From the NCBI RefSeq assembly GCF_009914755.1, contig NC_060936.1: a DNA stretch of 64,000 nucleotides; one strand, written 5' to 3'. Both the position numbers and the translations under genes were made by a program. Shown piece by piece: positions 42,001-54,845 of the stretch (positions are counted from its first letter, which is position 1; each line of letters begins with the position of its first letter). Source of the stretch: the human T2T-CHM13v2.0 reference genome, Homo sapiens. Below the pieces are notes generated by a model, which searched no databases, had not been told where the DNA came from, and saw nothing but the letters and a program-made list of their open reading frames with translations.

Positions 42001-45000
42001 AAGCAGAAACTTCCATTTCTTTCATTAAGGTGAGGGGAAATAAACTTATTTATAAAGAGGTTAATAAAACTATGTCGTGTGCATTTTAGTTTGTTTTCCT
42101 CAGTAAGAATCAGAACATACCATAACACGTTTCTTAATTATAGGAATAATTCATATAAATATGCACTCTTCAAAGGTGTTAAATGCTTTGATGGGAAAGC
42201 TTAAAAGAGAAGTGTGACAGTGGGAACAAGGAAAGGAAGAGAAAATACAGAAGGAGGGATACAAAAAAAGCAAGACAAGGAAAAGATAATGAAAGGAAAA
42301 AGCAGTTGCAACAGATACATCCTCAAGATTACCTATAACCAAAATTATTCATTGGTTCAGGAACAGTTTGGATAAGTTCACAAATAATGGATCCATAACC
42401 TCTTCATACGAAAAATTAAAAATGAGTCCTGCTTGCGTTTGAGAATGCCTTACCATCAAAGTGCTCTGTAGAAGGGATCAGAAGCAACATACTGGACTAT
42501 TGTGACCTCAGTGTCACAATCTATTAACTAAATGTAATAATAGGCTTTTCAAATATCTCATTGGGGTGCTGGGAGTCCTCAATTCAATACTGTTACATAC
42601 GTAAGCATTTCCAAGGCATTCAATTATCTTAGGTTGCAAATGGGTGTTATGTTAAATCAGATTGGTAGAGGCAAATCCCAAAATGTCACAAGTAATAGGT
42701 TAGGCAACAGTCTTTATTAAGGAAACACACAAGTCAGGAATCAGCAATACACAGTCAAGCAAGGGACCAGAAACTGTGGGCATGTGGTGGGTCTGTATTT
42801 CAACAGAGGGATCCCACCCTATTGTTGCTCTCTCTTATAGGGAACATTGTCAGTAAGGGAACAGACTACTGGAGGTTCAGGCTGCCTGGGTTAGATATCA
42901 CTTATTTTCATTTGTCTGAGAAAGCCAGCTGCCTGGCAAAGTCCCTGGGGATTTTGGAGCTAAGGGAAGCTGCAACACCCTATACCCAGGGAAATGAAGC
43001 TCCCAGTCTCTTGTTGTCCAGACAGACAAGCAGAAGAAGCCCCAGGATCACTTTAGGATAAGTCTGCTTATTGTGTCACATGGAATAATCACCATATTCT
43101 CTTCCAAAAATCCAATTATAGCACTGTCCAAAGCGGAACACTGGACTAAATGGACTTTGGGGTTGATGCAATCTAACATTTCCTATGTACTTAGGTTCTG
43201 AAATTATATGAAGAACACAAACCTACATATCAGTGATTGTTTTGTTCATTGATAACCTTTTTTTTAAAGGTCGAAGTTAATTTTAGTCAGGTTTCCTTCA
43301 TACAATTTTGCAGATTCCTATTATGTGACTTCTTTTTATTATAAATATGTTTTACACTGTGCTATATTCCATTAATATAACAATGTTCAAATAGAGTCAA
43401 TCATACCAAAGTTTAGGGAAAAAAAAGCAGTGAGCTGAAATTTCTTAAAATTAATTTGAAGATTGTATATGACAAGTGTTTTGATGAATATAGGGTTCAG
43501 ATTATCTGAAATTCCTTCTCTACCAAACATTTCAGCAGCAATTTAAATATTGTTTCTTCCTTCTGTAAAATGTTACTAGATTGTGCTTTGGCAACACCTC
43601 CCTAATTATCAAATAGAGAATTGACTCTGCGTCACTTAGGGACTTCAGTCAAAATTAATTCCACAGTTACTAGTGAGGGTGGGAGATCTTGTAGACTAAC
43701 CAGGTACAGGATCATGTCCAACCAGAATTATAATACACAAGTATTTTATACTTATCCTCAATTTCAAATTCGGTTATATCAATTGTCCATAATCCTTGGA
43801 ATTCTATGCTTCTTTTATGGCGCCTTCTTAAATTTATTCTCCCTTGAAAGCCATAGGTGCTTAGAAGCCCTTATTTCTCATAAGAGGCATGGAGATTTGG
43901 AAACCCTCATCATTCTCAAACAGCTGACTCTAGAAATGGCTTCTCACTAGAGTGACTGAGTTATTCATGCACTTGTTAGCACTTCAAAAGAAAATCAAAA
44001 AAGGCTGTTTGTTTTCTGATATCCAAGAAAATTTTGCATGTGGTTGGATTTGGAGGAATAATCAAAGGGGAACAGCTCAAATCCAAGCTGAGGCCACTAG
44101 GCACTCTGGGGAAGTTATTGAAGAGTGGCCCAGATTTTGCAGTATATCCAAAAGGGTAGATGATTCATTAAACAGAAGCTTCATCAAATATTACCATGAT
44201 ATGGTTTACATATGAAAAGCCCTCTTCTTTACCTAACATTCGCAAGTTGCTTATGGATTCATTAGCCCATCTGCCATAAGAAATGTATTCGCACATTTTT
44301 TACATTGATCACTGAAAAGTGATTGCTTTTTCTTTATCCACTTAAGATTATGCTATCAATATAATGGGAAATAATAACTTTTTAGAAACAGGATAATTAT
44401 TTTTGTATCTAAAAATTTACATGTGTTTATTACAAGCCATCACTTGAATATATAATCTTTAAGGATATTTGTCTGTGCTGATCTGAATTGATAAGTGCAG
44501 GGATGAGGCGAAGACCTTCTCAGAAAATGGTTTCCTATGATCAATTTTTCTTCTAGTTTCCTATCATCCATTTACTTGTTAATTCATTTGAATATATACC
44601 TTATAACTGCTTCAAGTTTCATATGATTAAGAATGATTAAGACTACCCTCTCCACTTTTTTTCTAATCCTACATTTAGTTTGTCTCGGGACAACCACATG
44701 TCACTGTTTATCCTAGAATTTCTCTCATTGGCATCATCCTTTCTTCTTTTTTTGCTGTTGCCAATTCTGATAACCTCTCGTTGCATAATGTGTCTGCTTT
44801 TTCATTTATCTCAAGTCCAGTGGCTAAATTATCATTTCAGAATCCAATCGTCCCACCCTGGGACTACTAGCCTCTTATCGAATATCAATGGCACAAACCT
44901 TTTCAGTTGTACACTAGTTGCCCGGTTACAATGGAAACAAATCAGTCTGAGCCACAGCTATCGAAACGCCAGAAGTTATGGCAATAGAGGAAATTATTGC

Positions 45001-46664
45001 ATATACTACTCCTGTTTATTATGACACCCTATCCTCTCAATCATTCGATATAACAACCGTTTTGGAAAAAGGCTCTTTTCCTATGGTATGCTTAAATCAA
45101 ATTGCTCTTTCTTAAAATCCTTCTGCATGCAAACTCAAACCCCATAACACATGGGTATTTTTTTCAGTAATCAAGTTACCTTGCACCCTCTTCCCTCAGT
45201 TTTGCTCCTAACCATATTCATATTTTCTCCTGAAAATCAACTCATCTGTATTCCTCTAGCAAAAGATCTTCCCACCTTTTACTGGACACCCAGAAATATT
45301 GGGTATCTACCCTTAACTACCTATTTTAAATGGGACTCCTTTAATGGATAGTTTCTTCACCTTTAGTCTCATCTCACAAAACAATTAAAAACTATATGTC
45401 ATCCGTACAAGACTAAATTTAAGATTGAGACAAAGGAGTAAGAGGGAAGAGGAAAAAAGGGAAGGTGGGATGGAGGGACAGAATATAGTGGTAAAGAAAT
45501 AGAATAATAAGTAAGGATATGGCAATATGAAACACCAAATATCTGTTATTGGTTTAAAAACTAATCACTTGAAAAAAAAGGAAGTTTTGCTGTTGTTAAC
45601 AAACTTCTCCTAGAGGGTTAACTGTAGATATTCTTCCCATATAATTCTTCTCTCTAGCTGCAACTGATGATAACTGAGCAGAGCAATTGCCAGAAAATCC
45701 CAATTAAGCTCTTCTTTTCTTTTCTTGGGAAAGGCATAATATATAAAATGGTGACCTTTTGATGGGCTAACAGTATGTTGATGAACTTCAAGTGAAGTGA
45801 AAAAAAAATGTGTTTAGGATCATCAATGCTTGCATTTTCTAAGGGATCATGTGTAGCAGTAGAGCATTTAAAGGTCATAGACTTCTTTACTTTGAGAGAT
45901 ATTAAATAGCTTATGAAAATAGAGGTCAGCTGCATGATAACTGGAAGAAAAGAGCATTCCCCAATAGGCAAGTAAGATCTTGAGATTACACTGACTGTCC
46001 TTTTTTTAAGATTGTATTTGACTGTTCTTAGAGAAAAGAATGAAATTTGCATATAAATTTCATGATAATAAATAAATGAATGTATAGGTCATATAATAAA
46101 TAGCCATTGATCTTGACATATGAACGCTAATATTGTTTGCACATACTAAGCATTACAATAATGATTTCACAGCCTCAAATACTTTTCAATGATTTTTATA
46201 TTTCCTCAGAAAAAACTATACTCTTCTGGATTTTGCAAAAACAATCCTACTTAGCTTATAGTAACACAGATAAATAATCATTATCAGTAGGAATCTCACT
46301 TTTTAAAAATCTCTGTTGCTTCGAAGATCACTGAAGCAAATAAACATTCAGAACACCAGGACTAGATTAACATGTAAGGCTGAGGAAAAATGAGCCTTGC
46401 CTTGTCTTGGGGAAAAAATAGGTGAATGGCATTTATCTGTCTACTACCTATTGAAACACTTTGTGCATTAGTAGAATTTAATGTACAACTGGAAGAAACC
46501 GTGGTCACGAGTTTTTCACTTTACCTTCAGATATTGGATAAAGTTGCCTCAAAAAAATGGTCTTATTTCACTCTACCACTATTAGGGATTCCTCTTGATG
46601 CAAGGCTTATAAGAAAAGATAACATGTTGACACAGTTCCAGTAGATATATTGAATAGTTGATAA

Positions 46665-46972
46665 GGCCAGGAGTGGTGGCTCATGCCTGCAATCCCAGCA
46701 CTTTGGGAGGCTGAGGCGGGTAGATCACGAGGTCAGGAGTTAGAGACCATCCTGGCCAACATAGTGAAACCCCGTCTCTACTAAAAATACAAAAGTTAGC
46801 CTGGCATGGTGGCATGCGCCTGTTACCCCAGCTACTTGGGTGGCTGAGGCAGGAGAATCATTGAACCTGGGAGGCGGAGGTTATGGTGAGCTGAGATCAC
46901 GCCACTGTACTCCAGCCTGGGCAACAGAGCAAGACTCCATCTCAAAAAATAAAAAATAAAAATAAATAAATA
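46665..46972 (+). mobile_element. AluS (Sg/Sc-like), full length
   Basis: gatcacgaggtcaggagttagagaccatcctggccaac; exact TSD aatagttgataa at 46653-46664 and 46973-46984. Confidence 0.95.
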
Positions 46973-48144
46973 AATAGTTGATAACAGACTGTGTGACTGA
47001 GATTTCTTTTCAGAGAGGGAAGGGTGTGGGTTCCTGCAGGAACAGATCTTCACTAAACTCAGGGTACATCCTGAAGCAGGAAGGCTGAGGACAAAAGAGC
47101 AATTTTTACCTACTGCATCAATTCTCACAGAGCAGTCTTACCTACCACTTGATTATCTTCCACAATCTGGAATGTATAAATACTGACCACAATATGAAAC
47201 ATATGGGATGATATTATTCAATGAAAGGGGCTAGATTTTATGTTGTGCTTTTTCGTTCTGGGATTTCTTATATCATCTGCTGTCTACATGTCCTCAGGGG
47301 AGACAGTAGTGGCCCCGGCCTGAGCACCTGTCATACAGCAGAAGCTAAAGGAATGAGTGTGATCATGTCCATAGGTGTCTCATGTCCACATATCCTCATG
47401 TGCCCCAAGTCAGATATTCCAAGGTGTATCAATGAAAACTCAGTGATAATTTTTCAAGTTTAGTTCATGAAAAAAAGAATCAGACAGAGAATGCATAGAT
47501 TAGTGAATGTGTTCACACTGGTAAACACCCAGTCAGATCTCCACCTGGGGTTTCTTACTAGTGATTCAAGAGCAAGAACTGAATTGGGACATATTTTGCT
47601 GGTGAAGAAGCTTAATTGCTCATTTTTTGAAGGCACATTAACTCTTTCAGGGTCCACTGAGTAAATTAGCTCCTCCAGGTCATTAAGCCTGCCTCTACAT
47701 GACATGATGATTTCTACCTGGCATTGTATCATTTACCCCAAAACGCCCCACACTTGCTCTGAGCACACACATATTCCTTGTCTACTCAGGGAGAGAGAAT
47801 GTGCCCATTCGAATGTCAGCAGTTTCTCTACAGCTGCAACTCAGTGACTTCTTTTGCTTCTTTTTTAGGCACCCAGGGATCTCTAAGGGTTTGCTGGTGC
47901 GTAACAGTTATCAGTGCCTCACCAACAGGCGGGTGGCTTAGTTAGCTGTCTAGAGATGGTATAGTTTCAGGGATATTGGGCACAGTATTGTGCCACCAGA
48001 TAGCTCTTCACATCTGCAAAAACCAGCATTATCGATTCATCTGGGGCGAGAGTCATAAAGCTCTTTCAGGATTCTAGAGTCCTTTATTAAAACACAACTT
48101 CCGCTAAAAGGCTGTGTTATCAGGACTCATTTTAGGGGAATAAA

Positions 48145-48336
48145 TTGACAAATATTTGAGAGTGGTCTGTTTTGCCTCCCACAAGTTTGCTAGGGAAAAT
48201 GTGTAGGTGTTTTGGGAACCACAGAGGTTGGGAAACATTCCTGGCCCTTGGTAAGCTGGCATAGGAGAGTCCCACAAAAAGAATAATTTTTCTCTCCCAA
48301 ATGCCAATGGTTTCTGCCCCTGTTGAAAAGCAATGA
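48145..48336 (+). mobile_element. MER20-like hAT relic
   Basis: gagagtcccacaaaaagaataattttt...cccaaatgccaatgg...cccctgttgaaaagcaatg. Confidence 0.5.
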
Positions 48337-48504
48337 CTGAGGACAAAGGGAGACTTCACCTCTTTCTCTGTAATGTCCAGGGCTACCTTGGAGAGTCATG
48401 AATTGGTAGAAATTAAAACAAGTGAGTATCTAGAGGGACATAATATACCCATTCAGAGGAATTTTAGAGCATTGCTTCTTTCAGTGAATATAAATATAAA
48501 GCCG

Positions 48505-48627
48505 GAATCTTGTGAGTATGCCAATTCTGATTCAGTGGGTCCAGGGTGGTGCCAGGGATTCTGTATTTCTAATAATCTTTCATGTGATGCTGATGCTGCT
48601 AGTTCACAGACCACACTTCAAACAGTG
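48505..48627. mobile_element. MER5A fragment
   Basis: attctgattcagtgggtccagggtgg...ctgtatttctaataa...gtgatgctgatgctgctagttcacagaccacactt. Confidence 0.8.
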
Positions 48628-49131
48628 AGGATTTAGGATAAAATGCACATGGGCAATAACATGGTCTTGGATTAAAACATTATGAATATGGAGGAAATTT
48701 GACAATATCTTAAAAAATTAAATTTTAGGCAAGTAAGACCTTGATTAAATATTGAAAATCTCACCGAGAGATTGATAGATCATGAAAAAGTAGGATATAC
48801 TTAACATTTCTAACTATCTGAAGACTTCGGTGACCCTTTTCTGAAGCAGATGTGTTACTTAAATTTTTAAATCTTTGCTAATAGTTCTGCTGTTTTACTA
48901 GTTAACCAACTCCAGATACTTTATAAAGATACAGAAGTAATTGTTGTTGTAATCTCAGGTACTTCATCATGTTGGTAAAGACTTCAGTAAATATTAATAT
49001 CTGATTAAATATTCCATTACAAAATTCATATCAGGGCTGGTTGAAACCTTTCTCTCTGTCTTTTATTAATCTATCATGACAGCCTCTCTGATCTTTCCTC
49101 TGAGATGAACAATGTCCTTATATGTTTGTAG

Positions 49132-49388
49132 GTCAATGGGAAGGATCTTTCAAAGGCCACTCATGAAGAGGCAGTGGAAGCTTTTCGCAATGCCAAGGAG
49201 CCCATTGTGGTGCAGGTGTTAAGGCGAACACCTCTTAGTAGACCAGCCTATGGGATGGCTTCAGAAGTGCAGCTTATGAATGCCAGCACTCAGACGGACA
49301 TCACCTTCGAACACATCATGGCTCTGGCCAAGCTTCGTCCACCTACCCCTCCAGTGCCAGACATCTGTCCATTCCTGCTCTCAGACAG
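49132..49388 (+). CDS. PDZRN4: Internal coding exon, 257 nt, phase 0 to phase 2: C-terminal half of a PDZ domain plus linker
   Basis: Acceptor tatgtttgtAG (49130-49131), donor AG|GTattt (49389-49390). Open frame [85 protein letters not shown](S). VNG...THEEAV is the classic PDZ betaD/alphaB signature. Confidence 0.96.
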
Positions 49389-50240
49389 GTATTTTTCTAT
49401 CATTTCTTCCAAAGCCCTGTTTGTTTCCATTTGTCACGTAAAGCAGATGTTGAAAAGAAGCAGTTCCACTAGCAGGTTGACAGTTATGGAGACAGGCTTC
49501 CCAGCTCCGTTTGGAAAATGTCTCCCCTGTTTTGATATGTGCAATTAGTTCTCAGTGGTCCCTGCTAGCTACTCTCCCTGACCCACATGGTTGCTCCACC
49601 TGGGTAATCATACTTGCTAGCTGCTGTGAAAAATTCTGGCTCTGATTAGTTCATCTTCATATTACTAGCTGTCAAAAGCCTCATGCTACTCATGAACACT
49701 GGTCAGGGAAATCACTTTTCTCACCAAAGCTGCCAAAAACCTTATTAAGACTCATGTGGAAGTGGCATCTTGGCACCACATTCTCCTCTGTGGGCCACCT
49801 CTCTCTCTTCCTTGCATTTCTCTTCTTTAAAGAGAAGCTAGGAAATTGATTTAATTAAAGTGCAATTCTCTGACGAAAGCACTTACCCAATATATTGAGA
49901 TATAAACAAAGGATCTTGGCTGTCAGAGAGTAAGTATAGTGCTATCAAATAAAGATCTATTCAAGGAATACTTCCTCCTGATTTTTGCCTAATTTAAAGG
50001 AAGTCAGAGAGATTTTATTCAAATAATCCTACTTGAACAGTTTTAAAAGTATGCTTGCCCAATTCATTGTGTTCTGTGAGCTTTCGAGCAAATATTCAAA
50101 CATTGAGAGTTTGTAAGAGCAATAGTCTCCTTAGCCTGCATTTTCATCACTTACTCCAATCCGCTCTCTACTTCATAAAACAAAGATCTGAGTCATGCCA
50201 CTTTCCTGCCCTTTGATGGCTGGCTCCCATAAGCCCGTTT

Positions 50241-50415
50241 CAGTGGGTCACAGATGTACAATAGAATCACCTGGGAACTTTCAGAAGCTGTATCAGTACC
50301 TGAATCACTCCTTAGGCCAATTAAATGAGAATTCTTAGAGTAAGGCTTAGGCATCAGAAATTTTCAAAAGTCTCCCTAGGCAATCCTAATGTGCAGCCAA
50401 GTTTTGAAAACACTT
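50241..50415. mobile_element. MER5-family (MER5B-like) element
   Basis: tagaatcacctgggaacttt...ccaattaaatgagaattctt...ctccctaggcaatcctaatgtgcagccaagttttgaaaacact. Confidence 0.75.
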
Positions 50416-50685
50416 CTTGAGACTTCGAGTTCCAGGAAGGCAGGGGATCTGTTTGTCTTGGGTATCTCTTTATTTTAAATAGCCCTTTGTATCAGACACA
50501 AATTGGATGTGTCAGGGCTTGCAACTAGATGCTTGGCATAAAACTATGAACAAAAATAAAGTCACTGCCTTCTAGAGTTTATATTCTACAAGGGGAGTTG
50601 AACAAAAAGCAAGGAAACAAATATATAATATTCATTAATACAGCCTAAAACATAGTAGCCATCCAACAAATACTTCCTTGAATGA

Positions 50686-50945
50686 ATAATAATAGCTAGC
50701 TTGTATTAGCTAACTTAACATGCTTTCAGTATTATTCCAAACGTTTTGCATTTATTGACTCATTTAGTTCTCACAATAATCTTAGGAGGGAGTACATTAT
50801 ATTATCAACATTCTATGTCTAAGATGAGGGAACAGATATTAAGTAACATGGCCAAGATCACATAGCAAAAAAGTGACAGGGCCAGGCTTCTAGGCCTAAG
50901 AGGTCTGACCCCAATGCCTACCCCCTTAGCCAGTGCATCTTGCTG
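50686..50945 (-). mobile_element. MIR
   Basis: ctcatttagttctcacaataatc...ttaagtaacatggccaagatcacatagc. Confidence 0.75.
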
Positions 50946-52486
50946 CTCTTCCTAGGTCCTGCAGACCTTAGCTTAGAGACAACCTCCTCTAGAAAACTTC
51001 CTAGGGCTGCAGTGGGTCCACCCCTACCATGTGCTCCCAAGGCTCCTGTATTTTTCCCTTAATTATTGCACTGTATTAAAATTCCCACTTTGCTGCTTTC
51101 CCCAATTAATAGGGCAGAATTGGATTTTGTAAACCAACATATTTCCAGCACTTGGCCTTGCATCTGGCAGCCACTAAATAAACGTCGAATGAATAAAGTG
51201 TTCCTCACAGCAGGGCTCCCTTCTTAATATCCGAAAGACAAGGGAAACACATCAGATGTCCAAAGCAGCAGGCTTCGATATTCCAAGAGCCCAAAAGGGC
51301 TATGCGGACCCAGTCCAGCTATAAGCAAGGAGATTTATCTGGTAGACACAAGGCAAGGTGCTGCCTGTATTACTTTTACCATTTTGGCCTACACTAGTTA
51401 GACCTGTGTGGAGCTGACAGCCATAGATAGTAGTGAGGAGAGGCTGGTAGAATATTTACGCTGACTATAGTATGAGGGCATGAGGATGGGTCTCTTGCCT
51501 TTCAACAAGGGAGAAGGGAACTAATTGATACTGCTATCTCCAATTTTTCAAAAAGATCCACACTGGCAGGAGTTAGAGGTCTCATCTGCAACCAACTTGT
51601 CAATTGTATTTAGGCTTTTTCAGTGTCTTTTAGAAATAGAAAAGGCCTTATGCTCTTTGCTGTTAAACTATGCTTAGTCTTCATATGGTATGATGTGTAG
51701 TCTTTATATCAGAACATACTAAATCGAATAACATGTTTACAAACTATTTAAAAATTTCCTAAAAGTTGAAATACATAAAAGCCATATCCTCTCATTTCCT
51801 TAATGTAATCTGCTCTCTCTGTCACTGAGAATTTTCTAAAGGTATTTTGAAACCTTGTGGCTTATAGGAGTTTCCACTGATTGATCGCCATGAATGTTCT
51901 TTAATATTTGTGTATATGTCCTTGATCAAAGAGGGGAAAATGTGCATTATGAGGGAGAGTGAGAAAGGGGGATCTTAAGAAAGAGAGGAGGGGACAATGT
52001 GAGCACATTTTAGAGTCTGAAAAAATAAGTGCTTTTGAAAATGGTTTTCAAAAAATAGTTTGCAGCTGTGGATTATGAAATTGGTAGTACTTTATGACAA
52101 AATACCCCTCTTTGAGTAGACTGCAATCTCAAATGCCACACACCCACGTATGGAGCTTGTCACATTCAGTGGAATGGAAGCAGGCCAGAAAGTATCAATA
52201 AAGCACCACGGACTGTCAGAGATTTCACATCAGTCTTTCCACAGAATACAACTCTGACCATAGGCCCTTATTCCTAGCATTCTCTCAGAAATTGCAAATT
52301 GATGGACTTCACGTAGAGGGAGAAAGAAAAGCTATTGCTTTTCCTCAGCTGTAGTTTGTTTAAAGACTAGATCACTACAGATCTTATTCCAAAGCAGAGC
52401 AAACTAAAGTGAAATTCTAAAATCAGTTTTAATCTGGAAAACAACCCATTTAATCTATTCCTATCATATTGCTACATTCCCCATAG

Positions 52487-52589
52487 CTGCCATTCTCTAC
52501 ATCCAATGGAGCATGAATTTTATGAGGACAATGAGTATATTTCCAGCTTGCCTGCTGATGCAGACAGAACAGAAGACTTTGAATATGAG
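52487..52589 (+). CDS. PDZRN4: Internal coding exon, 103 nt, phase 2 to phase 0: acidic inter-PDZ linker
   Basis: Acceptor cattccccatAG (52485-52486), donor GAG|GTaagg (52590-52591). Split codon AG|C=Ser continues the previous exon's frame: (S)CHSLHPMEHEFYEDNEYISSLPADADRTEDFEYE. Confidence 0.95.
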
Positions 52590-54845
52590 GTAAGGTCATT
52601 TTCATACCACTTCACATTTCTTCATGAAGTTACGGTTGAGGGGTTTTGTATAACAAAGAAATTAATTTATTACAGTGAGAAATGTCTTGTCTATTACATA
52701 TCCAGTGTAAGATCTTTCAAATACTATTTGCTTTAGCTATGTGGCTCTCGTGTTTTAAGTATATTGGAAAATATTTTTATAGTATAAGCTTAAATATAAT
52801 TTGCTCTCATTTTGTTGCTTTTTAATAAATAATATTGCAACAGCTACATTTTTAAAATCTGTTCTATAATATATGTGGATTTCCAAGTGGAGTTTGAAAA
52901 ATATATTTAAAACAAAGATTGTGTTTACTATTTTCATTTGTTGTATAATATTCTAATTTTCATTGATAAACTAAATTTTATTATATTGTATTCTTTGGAA
53001 ATGCAATACTCTCTTTGTGCCTCTGGTCTGTACTCTAAAGAGCCATTTCACAGACTTCCTAGAAATAGAGATGGCCTCATGCCCTTTGTTGTTAAACTAT
53101 ATTTATTCTTCACATGGTTTAATGTCAGAATATCTGTACTGTGATATATAACAATTCGAAAAGTCCATCCATTGATTATTTAAAAGCTCTCACAAAAGTT
53201 AAAGAATGTATCCTAATATTTCCTCTGCTTCTGCAGCCTGAATATCTTTGAAAGGTTTCAGACTACTCTGACATTTAAAAATAAAATAGATTGAGGAAGT
53301 AAAGAAGCTTTGGTAAACAGGCAGAGAACCCATGGTCACCTGCCCTTTTAATGCTTCAGGTGATGTCATACAAGTTCAGCAAAGTGTTCTCTTCCACTTT
53401 ACAACCAGGAAATCCTGAAATCTCTTCCCTTAGGAGGATCTGAAATCAAATAAGGAAGCTCATCTAAAGCAAATGGACGTTTGTTTGAAATCTTCTCCCC
53501 ACAAAAGTCATTCCTGGGGATTACAGAAATCATTATTTCTTTGCAGCCAAAATTTAGAAGGATGTGAAATGACAACTGGTAACTGAGTAGATGGTTTTTG
53601 TCATTCTTGTGTTGTTCATGTTAAATTTTTACCTCCTCTTTATTAAGTTGATTGAAAAGTTTTATTTTCTAAATCTACTCAAGCACTGACATGCATTACA
53701 ATATCCATTGCTTTGTCTATTCATGTAAAATAAATTATAAAATTGAATGACTTATCCAAATAATTCAAGATTCTTATGTTTTCCTTTTGGTTAATGAATA
53801 CTTTCAGTTTGGGGACTGGAATTATGTAGATCACTTCAACTTTTTATTTGGATGCCTTAAAGCTTTATTAAAATAAGTCAGTGTGCTCGGGGAGGGCATA
53901 GGGGAAGATTGTTTAGGCTAAGCAAGTTAACAGTAAAAGCCCTTTAAATGAATCAGCATGTCATTGAAATATTACAATACAGACAGATTTCCTTACATTT
54001 CTATGGAGCTTACTGTAACTGAACCACAACCTCTTTTTTGACCAATATTAATCCCCAGCAGAAGCCAGCATCAGGATGATGTCAGTGGTGAATTCTCAGA
54101 CAAGCTCTCTGTAGCCTGTAATCTCAACTAATCACAGCATCATAGTCATTAATTTGCTGTCAGCTGTGATTCCGTTGCCAAAGGCTCCTTTCTGAGTGAT
54201 TGAAATAAAGAATGTTCCTGTGAAATTCAAATAAGGAAGGAGTTGCTATGACAGTTTTCAATCATTAGAAAGGATGCATTTGAGAACAACATGCATGGTT
54301 AAAGGTGGGAGTGGAGGCATGGGAGAATACCTCCAGAGAAATTTACCAGATTCAAGAGAGAATAATGGTTCTGCCCAGTACTCCTCAGTCTGTTATCATT
54401 ATGTGACACACACATAGAGTGGCACATGCCATCCCTTGTGGCTGCATCAAACTGCAAAATCTAGTCAGTCCACTGCCATCATTGGAGCCTGTGGTGGACA
54501 CCATTAGGCTCATTCAGTGAAGAGATTTAGAAATGCTAATTCTGTCTATGTGTTGCACTTTTACTGTTACACCTAGAAGCAGACTGATCTGGTGTTTCTG
54601 TGACCAGCTGAGATGACCCTAGCTCCTCTAGGAGCTTCCTTATAACCCTATAGCTCTAGGAGCGGGATGGATGAGCACCTTAAGGAAGTACCAGTTTTGT
54701 GCCACTGAGAGAATATCACAGGAAAGTGAGGTTTAATGGCCAAGAAGACTTCAGCTCAGAAAGAGATATGCATTCCTCTTCAACCTAAACATGAGCACAA
54801 CCAGGCAATCAAAGAAGTAGAAAGAAGACTCCTTTTTCATCTGCT

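Noticed and set aside
44680-45060. Possible NUMT or foreign insert
   Set aside because: CpG-rich, but I could not match it to any mitochondrial gene or recognisable protein in any frame; kept only as a regulatory candidate.
45338-45347. Perfect CArG boxes (CCTTTAATGG here; CCATTTTTGG at 61083-61092)
   Set aside because: Several isolated CC(A/T)6GG matches are expected by chance in 64 kb of AT-rich DNA.
49389-49548. C-terminal part of the 124-aa ORF 49174-49548
   Set aside because: Read-through past the GT donor into intron; the 'start' is an internal GTG (Val). Only 49132-49388 is exon.
52590-52736. Tail of ORF 52506-52736
   Set aside because: Intronic read-through beyond the strong GAG|GTAAGG donor.
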